Source: Pecten maximus
Taxonomy: Eukaryota
NCBI RefSeq assembly: GCF_902652985.1
Contig: NC_047030.1
Coordinates: forward strand, 13,082,001 to 13,146,000
Direction of reading: 5' to 3'
Length of the DNA stretch: 64,000 nucleotides
A program made the position numbers and the translations under genes. Positions 38,836 to 51,546 of the stretch are shown in pieces. The notes under the pieces were generated by a model. That model was not told the origin of the DNA and did not search any database. It saw only the letters and a program-made list of their open reading frames with translations. Position 1 is the stretch's first letter. Every line of letters begins with the position of its first letter.

Positions 38836-41800
38836 ATGAAAATTGCACATCTATTGAAATGGATCACCATCACATTCGTTGCTGCGGGTAAGTCACTTAG
38901 CAAGAATTCTGAATCATGAAAAGCATCAAAATCAATAAAACTACATATGTGTTTATAAACAAACAAACCAGTATTCCCCTTCCGTTAAAACTGATAATAA
39001 AAATGCTATAATTTCCTTATGTTACAAACTGATAAAAACAAACCTGTATTCTCCCTATTCACCTTTATTACAATGTATATCACAATAACCGAAACTACCT
39101 TATTTGAAGTATGTATACTTTTTGACCTAAGTACTATACGTTATGATAATGTGTAGAGATAGCTTGTGCAGGGTTTTTTTTATATAAAAATAATTTGCTA
39201 TTTTTTTTTTTTTTTTTTGCAATAACATTTTAACAACCATGTATGAACTTAATCAAGCTCTCAAACAAATCAAGTAACGCTAATTTACAGTTTTAATTAA
39301 TAATGTTGTACTGGTTTTAGAGCTTTTTCTAATTCGATAGTAAGAATTTAGGAAAAATAAATGAATAAAAGATAAAAAAAGATATGATATAATTGCCGTC
39401 ATTATTTGCCTGCTTTTCCTTTGGTATCATTACAATTTTAAAGTTAAAGATTATATTCCGCGTACATGAAACACAAATGATTACATTCATCACAATATAT
39501 TTGTTATACATGTATAAAATTGTATCTGCAAGTTTTAAAATCATTCGCTTCCACATTTGTAAAGTTTTACTTAATTTCAGCTTCAGCAATGACATTCTAT
39601 ACTGGCTAGGCTACCCCTCAACTGAACTGTTGGTATCTATATAATTGATTTCTATATCAAACGCTGACAGTGATTATATAAAAACCCCTTGGGTATACAA
39701 CCAGAAGCAATTTGTATGTTTAATATTTTTTATTTAGATATACCACTCCGACACGTGTTTAACAATAACACTGGGTACCGGGTAGAACAGTTGATTATGA
39801 TTTTATACAAGATATGATATAAAATATCTCTATATTGTTGAGGATTAATACACAATGTCATGGACCTGCTACAGCGTTAACGAGGTATATATCTCATGGT
39901 GCATATCATTAATGGAAATGGCTTTATATAAACATTTAAGGATTGAATCTTGATTTGGTCGATTTCATTGGGTCATGAATTGAGTTGCTCTTGAGACAAA
40001 TTTAATGAACTGCGAAGCAGTTCATGTTGAATTTGTCTCAAGAGCAACTCAATTCATGACCCCATGAAATCGACCAAATCAAGATTCAATCCTTATATTT
40101 CAATTGTTTTTTTTTCGAAGTCTCGAAACATGTGCAAGTCCAAATGCGGAAAAGCCCGAGGAGTTCCGGATTGTGCATGTCTAGTTGGTCGAGTAAAATA
40201 GTCTGCAATTTTAGGATTAAAAACAGCATTATTTTGTCAAAATAAAAGTATTTAGCATATCTGGTCTTTCATAAAATACAAGAATACATTATAAATTTGA
40301 TAATTTTAATAATTATTCCATGTTTATAACAACAATGTAGAAAAAGTGAAATCGTCCCGCAGACGGTATTTAACCATGTATTCATACGCACTGATCAGTG
40401 TTAATCTGGTCAAATTCATAAGCAAATGGAACAGATTAAGTTTGGTAGTTTCATTGAGTCCAACTTGAGTAGAAATTGAAATATCAAAAAATAAAAGTAT
40501 TGAAAAGGGATATTACTATGTGGGGCTGAGTCTTTAGTATTCCATTTTTAATCGCGTTGTATCGCAATTTGAGATAACTGTTGAGCATACGTCCTCTCTG
40601 ACAAATCTGACAAATGAGGGGTAAGCATCCTTGTTGTGTGACGATCAACCAATTGTTGCTCACCTTTACAATAACAACACATTCAGTACCCTTGTAATAA
40701 TGGAAATGTATTGATATCTTAATCAGGATAGTCCAGGACACACAAAAATATCGGCGTGAACGTTTGGATATACATCACGCCGTTGCCATCACCAAGATGT
40801 ATTTTAATCATTCGATTAGCTATGAAGCGTTTGATATTATACAGTTAAAGTATATGGTTGAGGGATATAGCAAGTTTCTGGTGTCCCGAGACCATGTCTA
40901 TTTCCAGAGGCGAAGGAACTATATCACCCAACCCCATACTTTAACCGTTTTATTATACCGATACAAACAGGAGAAATTATTTTAGCAGATTAAAAAAAAA
41001 CATAAGCTGTGAAACAAACTTCCATGTGATTTTCCCAGACACCATTTTGATACACTGTGCAAAGGGGCCAAGTGATATGTTTTTTTCCCATTCAAGTAGG
41101 GAACATGATTTCAAATATTTCCCATAACAAAACTTAATTTTCATTGAGGTTGCCATCAGCTGCTACATGGGATATACCACCTAAAATTCAGCGTTAAATT
41201 TTCTTAACAGCTGATCACATTCGGCAGACTGACAGCTTTCAATCTCCTCAATTGTTTTGTCCCTTGTCTCCAAATAATGCACCAACACTGCCACAGAGCC
41301 CTTCACTGATTTCCTAGTGCTTTTAGAATCTTCTTCAAGTATGCAGCGCCATTTCAGTTGACCGGTCGTCTGCAAGTAGGCGGCGCGTTCAGTAGCAAGC
41401 TCCGCCCACTTGGCTACGCTTGTAGCTAACGTCATCTTCGGAAACAAGATCTGCCCACCTCGCGTCTGATTGGCTCGGCGGAAATACCCGAAGTTGCAGG
41501 TGTGTGTTAGCTCAGGGGTGCGCTAGTTCTGTTCTCAAGACTAACGCACAGGACTAGCGCACAGCAAAGCAAGGTTAAACAAATAGGAGGGAAGTAGTCT
41601 ATTTAACCAGTTTTATATAGAGTAAATAAAGTAGAGATATGATAATAGAGTAAAACTTATTCAGTAAGGCAATTAATCATTCACATATAGTACTGCATAG
41701 CGTTACGTCAGTGTCTAAAAAACAAATATCTCTAACGTCATCCGAGGACTTAAATTTGAAATATCCCGTATAATAAAACATTGACAGTGTTTTTGTAAGA

Positions 41801-44800
41801 ATGCTCTCCCTTTAGATTTAAATTTCCATCTACAAGTCACTCAAATATATACAGTATAATAAAACATTCACAGTGCTTGTGTAAGAATGCTCTCCCTTTA
41901 GATTTAAATTTCCATCTACAAGTCACTCAAATATCTCCAGTATAATAATACATTCACAGTGCTTGTGTAAGAATTGTCTCCCTTAGATTTAAACTTCAAC
42001 TATAATAGCCACTCATGATCACGTTTACATTTCAACGGCGGCATGGTTACATTTGTAAATCGCTCCAACTAGTTATCCAATACCTGACGGTTAGCAGGGA
42101 TTCCATAGTTTTTGAAGATATACGCGATGCAGCATGCATCATTTACACTCTACGGTTCAGAATATACACACATTACATGTCATTCTGAAGAATGTATTAG
42201 TGATTAAATTATAGGTCTGTTGCATCTCCCCATATACATTTTGACATGTTTAGTTTCCTTTTACCGCATTCCAGATACCAACACTTTAAGCCGCTCTCAA
42301 CATCACTGGCGAGGTTTAGAGGAGCGAAAAAATGTTTGATGTAGTTTAATTCATTTGTATTGAAAAAGACTAACACTATATGTGTCTTTTGTACAATCCT
42401 TGAAATCATCCACATATTTCCTGACAAAACTCATAAAAAATCTAAGATCAGGATTTATTTTTTATTTGTACAGAATTCAAAGGATTCTAGAAATGGTAGA
42501 TGAATGAATAGGATGTTTAGATATGAGTTTAATAAGAAAGGCAGTCTGATCATAAAAATGTATTTTTGTGTCATACATTTGTTTCGTTATTTTTAATATC
42601 AAGAGGCCTGGTAGGCCTATATCGGTTATCAACAGGTTGTGGAACCACTGAAAATGCATATAAACACATTTGGTAGCTATTCATCTCAACGTGCTAATGA
42701 CCTTATAACGTGGGGCCTCCGAGTTATCGGGAAGCCGATGGAAGATTTTAACATTTGAACAAAAACAAAACAAACAAAAAACCAAAACAAATAAACTAAC
42801 AAAAATAAGTAAATAAATAACGATGAAAAATGAATAGATATAAATAATGAATCAAACGAAAAAAAATGAAAAAAAGGTGAATATAAAAAATAGGAAAATA
42901 ACATAATGAATAAAATAAGTAGCTTGAAGAAATGTTTAATTATATATAACAGGGGATGTGCAATATCCCTTTAATTCAACGAAACTTAATAAAATGTTGT
43001 ACTTTTATTGCAGTACCACATAACCTGGTCAGTGCCTATGATTATGGTTATGATTATCATGAGGACAATGATATATACAGCTTTGATCCTGGATTTGACC
43101 CTGACTTAGACCCTGGATTTGAAACAGCTCAATCTGACGCCACCATTGGAATGGAGACGGTGGCAAATGATGGCCGCAGACGAAAACCAGGAGCTGGACG
43201 AGGCAAAAAAACCAGCGTTAGATTCACAGGAATTGGGCCTGTGGTGACATCTGAACATTCTTTAGAAGGGACAATGGAAACTCTGTCGTTGGTAAATACA
43301 AGACATGGAAACAGCGTAACGACTGAGACCTGGGGTGTAACAAGCATGCCCACAACAGCGACTTTAATGTTCCGACCCACGGACATACTTGATGTTATTA
43401 GCACAGCCCCGTATGCAGATTCAACGAAAAGCGTGAATTTCAATGTATGGGAAGTACTTACATCCAATTACCAGACGACAGCGATATCATCTGATTTATT
43501 GTCACGTGATTATTTCAGTGTCATTCAATCCAATATACATCCCACGAAAACACTGGTTTCCTCCTTGGGAGAATTTCGAGCCGGAGATTATGGCATTGAG
43601 AGTGGAACTGATATTGTTGCGGCAACAGCACAAATCATATCAAATCTCGAGATAATACGCGGACAAGGAACGAGTGGTTACCAAACACCAGGTGAATTTG
43701 ATTTCCATATTCACAGTTCGATAGACGAAGTTGAGTTGTATGACTTTGATTCAGTGAGTGTGGGGGACATTTATTATGACTATGTAACAACAGACTGGGT
43801 AGGAAATTCCGGACATGCAACAATGGATGGGTTTGGTTCAAATGATTATGTCACAATGAATGTTTTGGGTTCATTCGACTACGGGTCTTTATATGGCTTT
43901 GGCACTAACGCAATTGTAACAAAGAGTGGATTTGGCTCAATCGATTATGCAACACTTCACGGATTTGGCACTGATGAATATATCACGATGGGTGAATTTG
44001 ATTCATATGATTATGGCACAATAAGCGGCTTAGGTTCAAACAGCTTTGGAACATTGGAAGAATTTGACGCTTACGAGCATACAATGATGAGTGGATACGG
44101 TTTGCACGACTTTTGGACTTCCGAATCTTTTGGCGCTTATGAAAAACCAACAAGGAGTGGAATTGAGCTTTACGATAATGGGACATTTGGAGTATTAGGC
44201 AGTGATGAATATGCAACAAATGATGGATTCAATTCTTATGGCATGAGTGAGGGAGCCGAGTGGTATGATTATGCTACGGTTGATGATTTACGCAATAATG
44301 AACATGCAAGCAAGAGTGGATTTGATTTGTATGACTATGGAACAGTAAGTGGGTTTGGCGATAATAGACACACAACAAAGGGTGCGTTCGATTCGTATGA
44401 CTATGGAACAGCAGGTGGGTTTGGCAATATGGGACACGCAACAAAGGTTCCGTTCGATGTATATGACTATGGAACAGCAGGTGGGTTTGGCAATAATAGA
44501 CACGCAACAAAGGGTGCGTTCGATTCGTATGACTATGGAACAGCAGGTGGATTTGGCAAAAATAGACACGCAACAAAGGGTGCGTTCGATTCGTATGACT
44601 ATGGAACAGCAGGTGGGTTTGGCAATATGGGACACGCAACAAAGGTTCCGTTCGATTCGTATGACTATGGAACAGCAGGTGGGTTTGGCAATAATAGACA
44701 CGCAACAAAGGGTGCGTTCGATTCGTATAACTATGGAACAAGGGATGGGTTTGGCAATAATAGACACGCAACAAAGGGTGCGTTCGATTCGTATAACTAT

Positions 44801-45202
44801 GGAACAAGGGATGGGTTTGGCAATGATGGACACGCAACGAAGGGTCCATATAGTGATTATGGCACCTTTGGAGGCATCGACAATAGCAAACATAGAACAA
44901 AAGATGAAATTGATCTGTACGACTATGATACATTAGATAGGACAATAGGTTTTCGACAGTTGTCAGAGGGAAAGCCAAATCTACATCCAACGGCATCCCG
45001 CTTATCGGGTGCAAACTACAGGATGTCAAAAAGTGTTGACCCCACTTATAACACTGACGATTCTGACGAATACAACAAGAAGAATGGTGGTGAACAATTC
45101 TTTGAAGGAAGCACTGGGTGCCCCTCCATGATACCAGACGCACATACACAAACACTTTCCTTAGCGCTATGTGTGTTTTTCTCTTGTAAACTCAGTCACT
45201 AA
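38836..45202 (+). CDS. Gene C: secreted, probably GPI-anchored Gly/Tyr/Asp-rich repeat protein, ~746 aa; exons 38836-38887 and 43014-45202
   Basis: ttccAG|ATG 52-nt phase-1 exon joins the long ORF in frame, giving MKIAHLLKWITITFVAAVPHNLVSA|YDYGY; 22-aa repeats GAFDSYDYGTAGGFGNNRHATK; tail GSTGCPSMIPDAHTQTLSLALCVFFSCKLSH. Confidence 0.85.
39937..40484. mobile_element. Non-autonomous palindromic element, Crypton-like architecture
   Basis: 159-bp hairpin 39937-40095 with GCGAAGC loop (40012-40018); atatttcaatt (40095) pairs with terminal aattgaaatat (40474-40484). Confidence 0.7.
40695..40834 (-). repeat. 140-bp inverted repeat, right copy
   Basis: Exact reverse complement of 37151-37290. Confidence 0.95.
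40853..41779 (-). mobile_element. Crypton-like element remnant with an N-terminal tyrosine-recombinase-like fragment (~41181-41345)
   Basis: Decayed hairpin tatggttgagggatatag...ctatatcacccaaccccata; gttttattatac (40947) pairs with gtataataaaac (41768); peptide SKSTRKSVKGSVAVLVHYLETRDKTIEEIE...CDQLLRKFNAEF resembles the region preceding DUF3504 in Crypton/ZMYM/KCTD1-like proteins. Confidence 0.55.
41760..42015 (+). repeat. 86-bp tandem repeat x3 overlapping the element terminus
   Basis: gtataataaaacattcacagtgcttgtgtaagaatgctctccc... at 41768, 41854, 41940. Confidence 0.9.
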
Positions 45203-46844
45203 GAACTGTTTAGAAATATATCAAAAAGAAGACAATTTCAATTACAATGGAAAATGACAATGAAGAATAATAGATTTGGAGCATATTTCAAACATCTTTT
45301 CCCAAACGATTGAAAGAGCCAGTATGTTTTTTATGCGTAAATTCGGTAAAATGATATCGTCATAACATTATTATTAATGATTATTTTGTTTTATTCATAA
45401 TATGTAAATATAGAAGCGGATATGCTAATAAGGAAAGCCAATATATCCAATATTCCAGGCCATAATTATATTCCTTTGTCAGGACGTAATGAATAATTCG
45501 TAATTGAAAGGGACGTTAATTTAAAATAAACTCAAATTATTGTGGTTTTTTTTTCAGTACGATGCAAAAATTAAGAAATATCAATGTCGATGCTCTTTTA
45601 GAAAGGTTAGGATTTTTTTTCTTTTTTGTTTTTGTTTTTTTCTTTTTTCAAATATTATATCCGACGCCATTTCAGTGTCATGTGATATCTGTAATTTAAA
45701 ATAATAATGAATTTTGCTGATAATGATAGCAATCAACAACAATGCCTCTTCCCATTACCCGACCTCCTACCTCGACGAATGTTTTTTTTTTGCTAAGGTT
45801 AACATATCCCCATTCTAGCTATTGAAAGGGCATACTCGTATTTTTAATTTCTTAATTTATTTTTTAATTTTTAATTTTTATGGCGTTATAATATTATATT
45901 CTTGACTCGAGTAAAAATAAAATGCCTTTTTAACTTCTCTCTTGTTTTGCCTTAACATTTTGTCACTCTTTAATATAGTATTACTTTAGGTTTCCCTCAA
46001 TATATGGCACGTCGACACAGATAAAAATACTCTTGTCAGCTTCAGATGAGGATGATAATACGAGTATTTAAAGGGGGAAAAAATAATAATAAAATAAAAA
46101 TTAACTAATGTAGCTGTATGAGTTTTTCTCACGGCCTGCATGTACATGTATATTGTATATGAATAATATTTCTCCAAATATTCGTCTGTTACATGCTGAA
46201 CATTGGATTCCCACCAGGCCTCTGTCACAGTACAAATAGTAACGACACAGTAAATCACCATAACGTTATAACTCATCGGCCAAGTAGTAGAACCTAACAT
46301 TACGTCAATAACACGAGTAGAAGATAACTACCATAGATACCACCCATAACGACACGTACTTAGAACAAATGTTTACCTTTCGTTGGCGGTTACGGTAAAT
46401 ATAGCTGTAATATCGTGAGTGTTTGGTGTAATGGTGATTTATGTTACCATACCTTGTATATGTGCTTTTTCAGCAGGATGTTTCATGCCGCGTTTACAGA
46501 TAGGATCTTAAATTAATTTTCATTTCATATGAGATTTTTATGAAATGGTCGATGGCTTAGAAGTTTTTAAATAAATTTCGAGACGAGCTTCATAAAAGGC
46601 TCGTAAAATTAAAATTTGAAACAAATTGAAGATTCTTTTATCACACAACTATGAAAACTTACATTTAAATAACGGGGTTTAAGTCAAAATGTCGAGACTT
46701 AATCAAAGAAAGGCAGCCATTTTGTTGCGCCATTCACAATTCATGACGTAACGTCAGTGTCCATATTTTGACGTCATAATCGATTTCTGACTTATTCAGC
46801 CAATGAAAAACGCTTCAGGGTATATTTAAGCATTAAACATCATT

Positions 46845-47712
46845 CTGTTCCGTGTTATGGTTCTATAACACGGAACAGGATTACAGACAGATTAAATAAC
46901 TCGCGTTATGATTATTTTTTTATATTCTAAACATTCGTATTTTTACTTGCAAGTAATGTTTTTAACTTCCGACGGAACTGCTCAACGAATTTCGTCTCGT
47001 GACTTTCCCTGCAAAAAAGATGTAGACGTGTATACGAGCTTTCCACTATATACATGTATAAGGTACAGAGGAGTGCGTAAAAAATCCATAAAGACACTGA
47101 CATCATCTCTAAAATTGAATCTATCAATTTTGCAATTCAAATTTCATGTTATTTTCTGGTATGTTAGAAATATTTGGCCACGTTTACGTATATTTTTCCT
47201 TATAAGCTGTTAGCCGCGAAGAGGACTACAGACTCGGTAGTTAGTCGTATCCAAGTAACCAGTTGAAACCGGCTACAGCTCAAACGTTAAAGAAGGAAAA
47301 ACTACAGCCATGGAATGTGGAATTTGCAAAGAATATAGGTGTAATATTGTTTAAGGATTGGTTTATGTGTGTTGTAGTGTCTACATGATTTGTTTGTTCC
47401 TGGATTGAGTACCGATGTGGTATAACAACTGTATTACGGTTCCCACTTGACCTAACACCAGTGAATGGCATGCTCACAATCTCCTGTTATATGGATAAAA
47501 AGTGTTGTACTGAACTATTTCTTTTGATTGGTAGACGTGTCCCTGCTGTATGATCTTTGCGACGCTTCGCTTTTGTGACCACTCATTAACATTATTTGGT
47601 GGCTTCGTCGAGAGAAAAAAACGACGCCAGAAAGCAAGGCTAATTACCACACGTATTTAGCATATTACTAAGTGTTATGTTCTCATAACACGGAACTGGC
47701 TTTGGTAGTGTT
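46845..47712 (+). mobile_element. Helentron-associated (HINE/DINE-like) non-autonomous element, possibly nested in an older palindromic element (~46500-47724)
   Basis: 5' palindrome ctgttccgtgttat-ggttct-ataacacggaacag; 3' sub-terminal ataacacggaac (47685) followed by a short imperfect stem-loop. Confidence 0.5.
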
Positions 47713-49510
47713 ATATAGTGATAATATAGAGCAAATGTAAATATTGCACTAATGACAAAAGGCGATATGACGTAATTTTGTTCTACATTTGTAAGTTATG
47801 CCATTTTTCAACTACACTGTGTACATTCTTTATTCTAAAATTGACTGTAATAATACTGTTAGCAATTTGTACAAGACATACATTGGATAAAAAATATACC
47901 GTATCTAACTAAGGTTTTCATGAATACGATTACCAGCTCGTGGTGGTATCATCCTCGGCTCCAGGTGAAAATCGTACTAACGCTTGTCTACCTGGGGCCG
48001 AGGATGGATAGTTTAACTGTTAACAATAGGACGAAAACATGTACATATGGTTCCTGATAATAATCGAACTAGTAACAGATGTTGTGTTGATTTATATCGG
48101 TGTCACTATGTGGAGCAATAAAATTGAAGGTGACGTCCATTTAAGCACTGAGCCGTTACCAGGTCTAATTAAGGAGCAGAATACATATGATTGTGGAAAT
48201 CGATATATTTATGAGCGATTCTCTTCAAACGGTAGATGTATATTTCACGAACAGATTCTTTCCGGTATTGTCCCTATAAAACCTATATTTACAGAAAGCA
48301 GTGGTAGGGAATCAAATTTTTCCATTGGAAAATACTGTTTTCGTTGTAAATTCGTCAGTTTTTGTAATTGATGAGTAAACATGAACCTCCGAAGACAGTT
48401 TTAGTATTCAGGAAAACAAGAAATGATATGTTTGAAATGATATGATATACGACTTTACGTAAGTGAACTTATGTCGCAAGTATGTGTTCAGTTTCAGTGG
48501 TAGTGTAAGGTGTTTATAGAGTCTGACCTGGGATGGGCTGACTTACACTGAGCTCACAGTTGTGATTTATAATCATCAAGGATTGCTTTATTGCTTGTGT
48601 AGTGCTTCTTCAATCAATTTCGGCGGCGACAAAGATTTATAAGTTTTAGCTCAAGTGCGGGAAAAACTGACTGACGCACACAACAAACATCATATACCCC
48701 CAGTAAAGAGTATTCAAAGCAATTTGAAATACAAATATGCTTGCAAATGTCAAATTTTTAAACAAATGGAAACCTTATTCACCTTGTACAAATAGTATAC
48801 TATACACGGCAGACTTAACCTATCAGAGAAATCGTCCCTATCCTTCATAGAGATCCGCACGTACTCGCCTTATCTGTGTACCCCCACTCTGAACGGGTTG
48901 ATATTTAACTGATATTTACCCCACTTTGACACGTGTACAAAACCGAAATAATATTCAAATACTACATAGAATATATCAAATGATGTAGAGCATTGCTTAT
49001 AACGCGCCGAGTTTTGCATTATTTCCATTTTTTACGTCATAACAATATATTTATATTCTGAGTGTCCATTCTTTATATGAGCATACCAAGTGAAAACAAC
49101 AAACATTTGACCATATGAAAAATATTGAATATAGTATCGTTTTATGTGCTGATTTTCCACACATTACATCAGTTAAATATCAATACGCCTGACAAATAGT
49201 CCACGTTTCATTTCCGTAAATTGTAGTTTCTTCGCCATCTACCTACATAAATTAATCTTAATTTAACACGAATTAAGTGTTGGATGTTATTTGCTGTCTT
49301 TTTGTTTTGAATAAAAAGCAAAACAAAAAACAAAAAATCGACTGGAATTAGCGGAGCGGAATGATACGGTAAACGATGGTGCATTGGTGGGATCACCGGC
49401 TGTTCCATTAATTTAGCATCTTTTCGTATATAGTTATCAAATGATAAACAATTTTAAATGACTCTATTCTTTAAGGTTTTTTTTTAATCAAACTAATGTA
49501 AATATATCAA

Positions 49511-50740
49511 TTGAATGGATGAAAATTGTAAATGGAGTAAACATATCGAAAATATAGGTAAAAGCGTTGCAAAACAGATAAGTGTACTTCGTAAATTAAA
49601 ATATGTATTAAACAAGCAAACTTTATTAAAGATTTACCAAGCTTATTGTCTACCACTATTTGAATATTGTTGTGAAGTTTGGGATGGTTGTTCTCTCAGT
49701 GATGCAGACAAACTCGAAAAGCTACAGTAAGAAGCTGCCAGAATTATAACTGGGTTACCATCGTATGCCAGCAGAGAATCCCTCTATTCAGAAAGTGGAT
49801 TGGAACCATTGTGTAACAGACGCTCGAGAAGAAAAATTCAATTATTTTATAAAATTAAAAATCACCTAGTTCCAAAGTACTTATCGTCACTATTACCTCC
49901 TCCTGTTTCAGAAAACTCTCAATACAATCTGCGCGATTCACACAACTTTTCTCTCCCAAACTTCCGTTTACAATTAACTAACTCCTCTTTCTTTCCATCC
50001 CCCATTCGACAGTGGAACCAACTTGATCTTGAAATCAGAAATAGTGTGTCTTATCCATCCTTTAAAAAATCTCTCACAAACAGTTCTGTGGTTCCAAATT
50101 ATTATTCTTTCGGTGATAGACAATTAAATATATTGCATGCTAGACTAAGAAACAAATCCAGCACACTTAACAATGACCTGTATAGAGTAAATTTGATTAA
50201 TTACCGTCAGTGCCAATGTGGACATCCAATTGAAGATGCATATCACTTTTTCTTTGCTTGTAATAATTATGTGAACCAGAGAATAGCATTGTTTCGTGAT
50301 CTGAATGACTATATTCCACTAGATCTGCAGTTACTTTTACACGGAAGAAATGATTTATTGCAAGATGAAAATTTAAGAATTTGTCAAGTCACTCAGATAT
50401 ACATCGCTAACTCAAATAGATTCTGATTTCTCTCCTACACCCATTTTAGATTTATATTTCATGTATATATTTACATATGGTATGTTATGTTTTTATGTAT
50501 GTATACATAAGTATGTGTGTATATATATATTATCAATTGATTATACTTATTCTTTTGCGTTGCCGACAACAAAAGAGAAACGGATATTCAAGGAAGTAAG
50601 GAGTGAAAGGAGAACGGAACATTGGCATGGGAAGTGATGAACAGTAGTACCAGCAAAGCGCTTTGTGTATACTTCTGTTGTCGGCACTGGTGAAGATTAG
50701 CTCTTATCTAAATTGCTTGGGTGGATATATATAGATATGT

Positions 50741-50834
<94 letters not shown>

Positions 50835-50961
50835 ATATGCCATCTTGTTGTAATGATTATGTATAATTATATCGGGAAAGGGCTTTATATAAGTTGGATA
50901 ACTTGTGCCCAATCCCTTTGTAAAGTTCAGTTACAAATAAAAATATGTTTAAATCAAAATC
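49511..50961 (+). mobile_element. 5'-truncated CR1-group LINE (ORF2 C-terminus + 3' UTR)
   Basis: ORFs 49515-49730 and 49800-50426 are one frame split by a single TAA; motifs WSKHI, EYCCEVWDGC, ARIITG, YNLR, SFFP..IRQWN, CQCG...EDAYHFFFAC; AATAAA plus short-repeat tail near 50937-50961. Confidence 0.9.
50743..50830. repeat. (CT)n microsatellite in the LINE 3' UTR
   Basis: ~44 perfect CT units. Confidence 0.95.
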
Positions 50962-51306
50962 CATAGCCGCCAGGAAAATGAAGAAAAATCCATTCAATCC
51001 CTATGTACTAACTCTTTCAACTTGTGTGAAACGATATAATTATAAGATGTGAGAAGATATGTTGATATATGTGAAAATAGTGTAAAAGAATTACTATTGA
51101 ACGAAAATGATATAGACTTAAATATGATAACAGCGCGCATGTACCCTTATACTATTGGTAAATGTGCAATGCTCAAAAACCTAGACCTCCCTTCCATACA
51201 TACACTGAAGGAACAGTGTATTTAATCCCCGAAATACATGGCTTTGGGTTGCTATACATTACAATACAATAACATAAGTCTGTAACACCATCAGCGATTG
51301 TAGTTA

Positions 51307-51546
51307 CCGTATATCTGGTAATTTTCGTCCCCGTTTAATTTTCGCCATGTTTGCCCTTTGAAGATAGGGCGAATTTAAGATAAAGGCGAACATTACAAGC
51401 TGAATTGACCGACTTATAAACGTTAGTATAAAGGCGAAGTGTAGTCGGATCAACAAACGAGGAAAAAGACATTTCTTTTAAGGCGAATTTAAATTGGGAC
51501 GAATATGTTTTGTGTTTCTTAAGAGCAAAAATTACCAGGTATACTG
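51307..51546. mobile_element. Tc1/mariner-type MITE, TA TSD
   Basis: TA|CCGTATATCTGGTAATTTT ... AAAATTACCAGGTATACTG|TA. Confidence 0.8.

Noticed and set aside
42956-43013. ORF-track start codons at 42956, 22276, 10266 and 31068 as true starts
   Set aside because: Each lies next to a phase-1 acceptor; splicing to upstream exons gives complete signal peptides or the missing TM helices
44274-45155. Antisense and alternate-frame ORFs over the gene C repeats
   Set aside because: Expected shadows of a 66-bp in-frame repeat; no independent gene signals
46845-46878. loxP/dif-like 14-6-14 palindrome with a partial copy at 47672-47696
   Set aside because: Spacers differ (GGTTCT vs GTTCTC), and the layout fits Helentron-type sub-terminal repeats better
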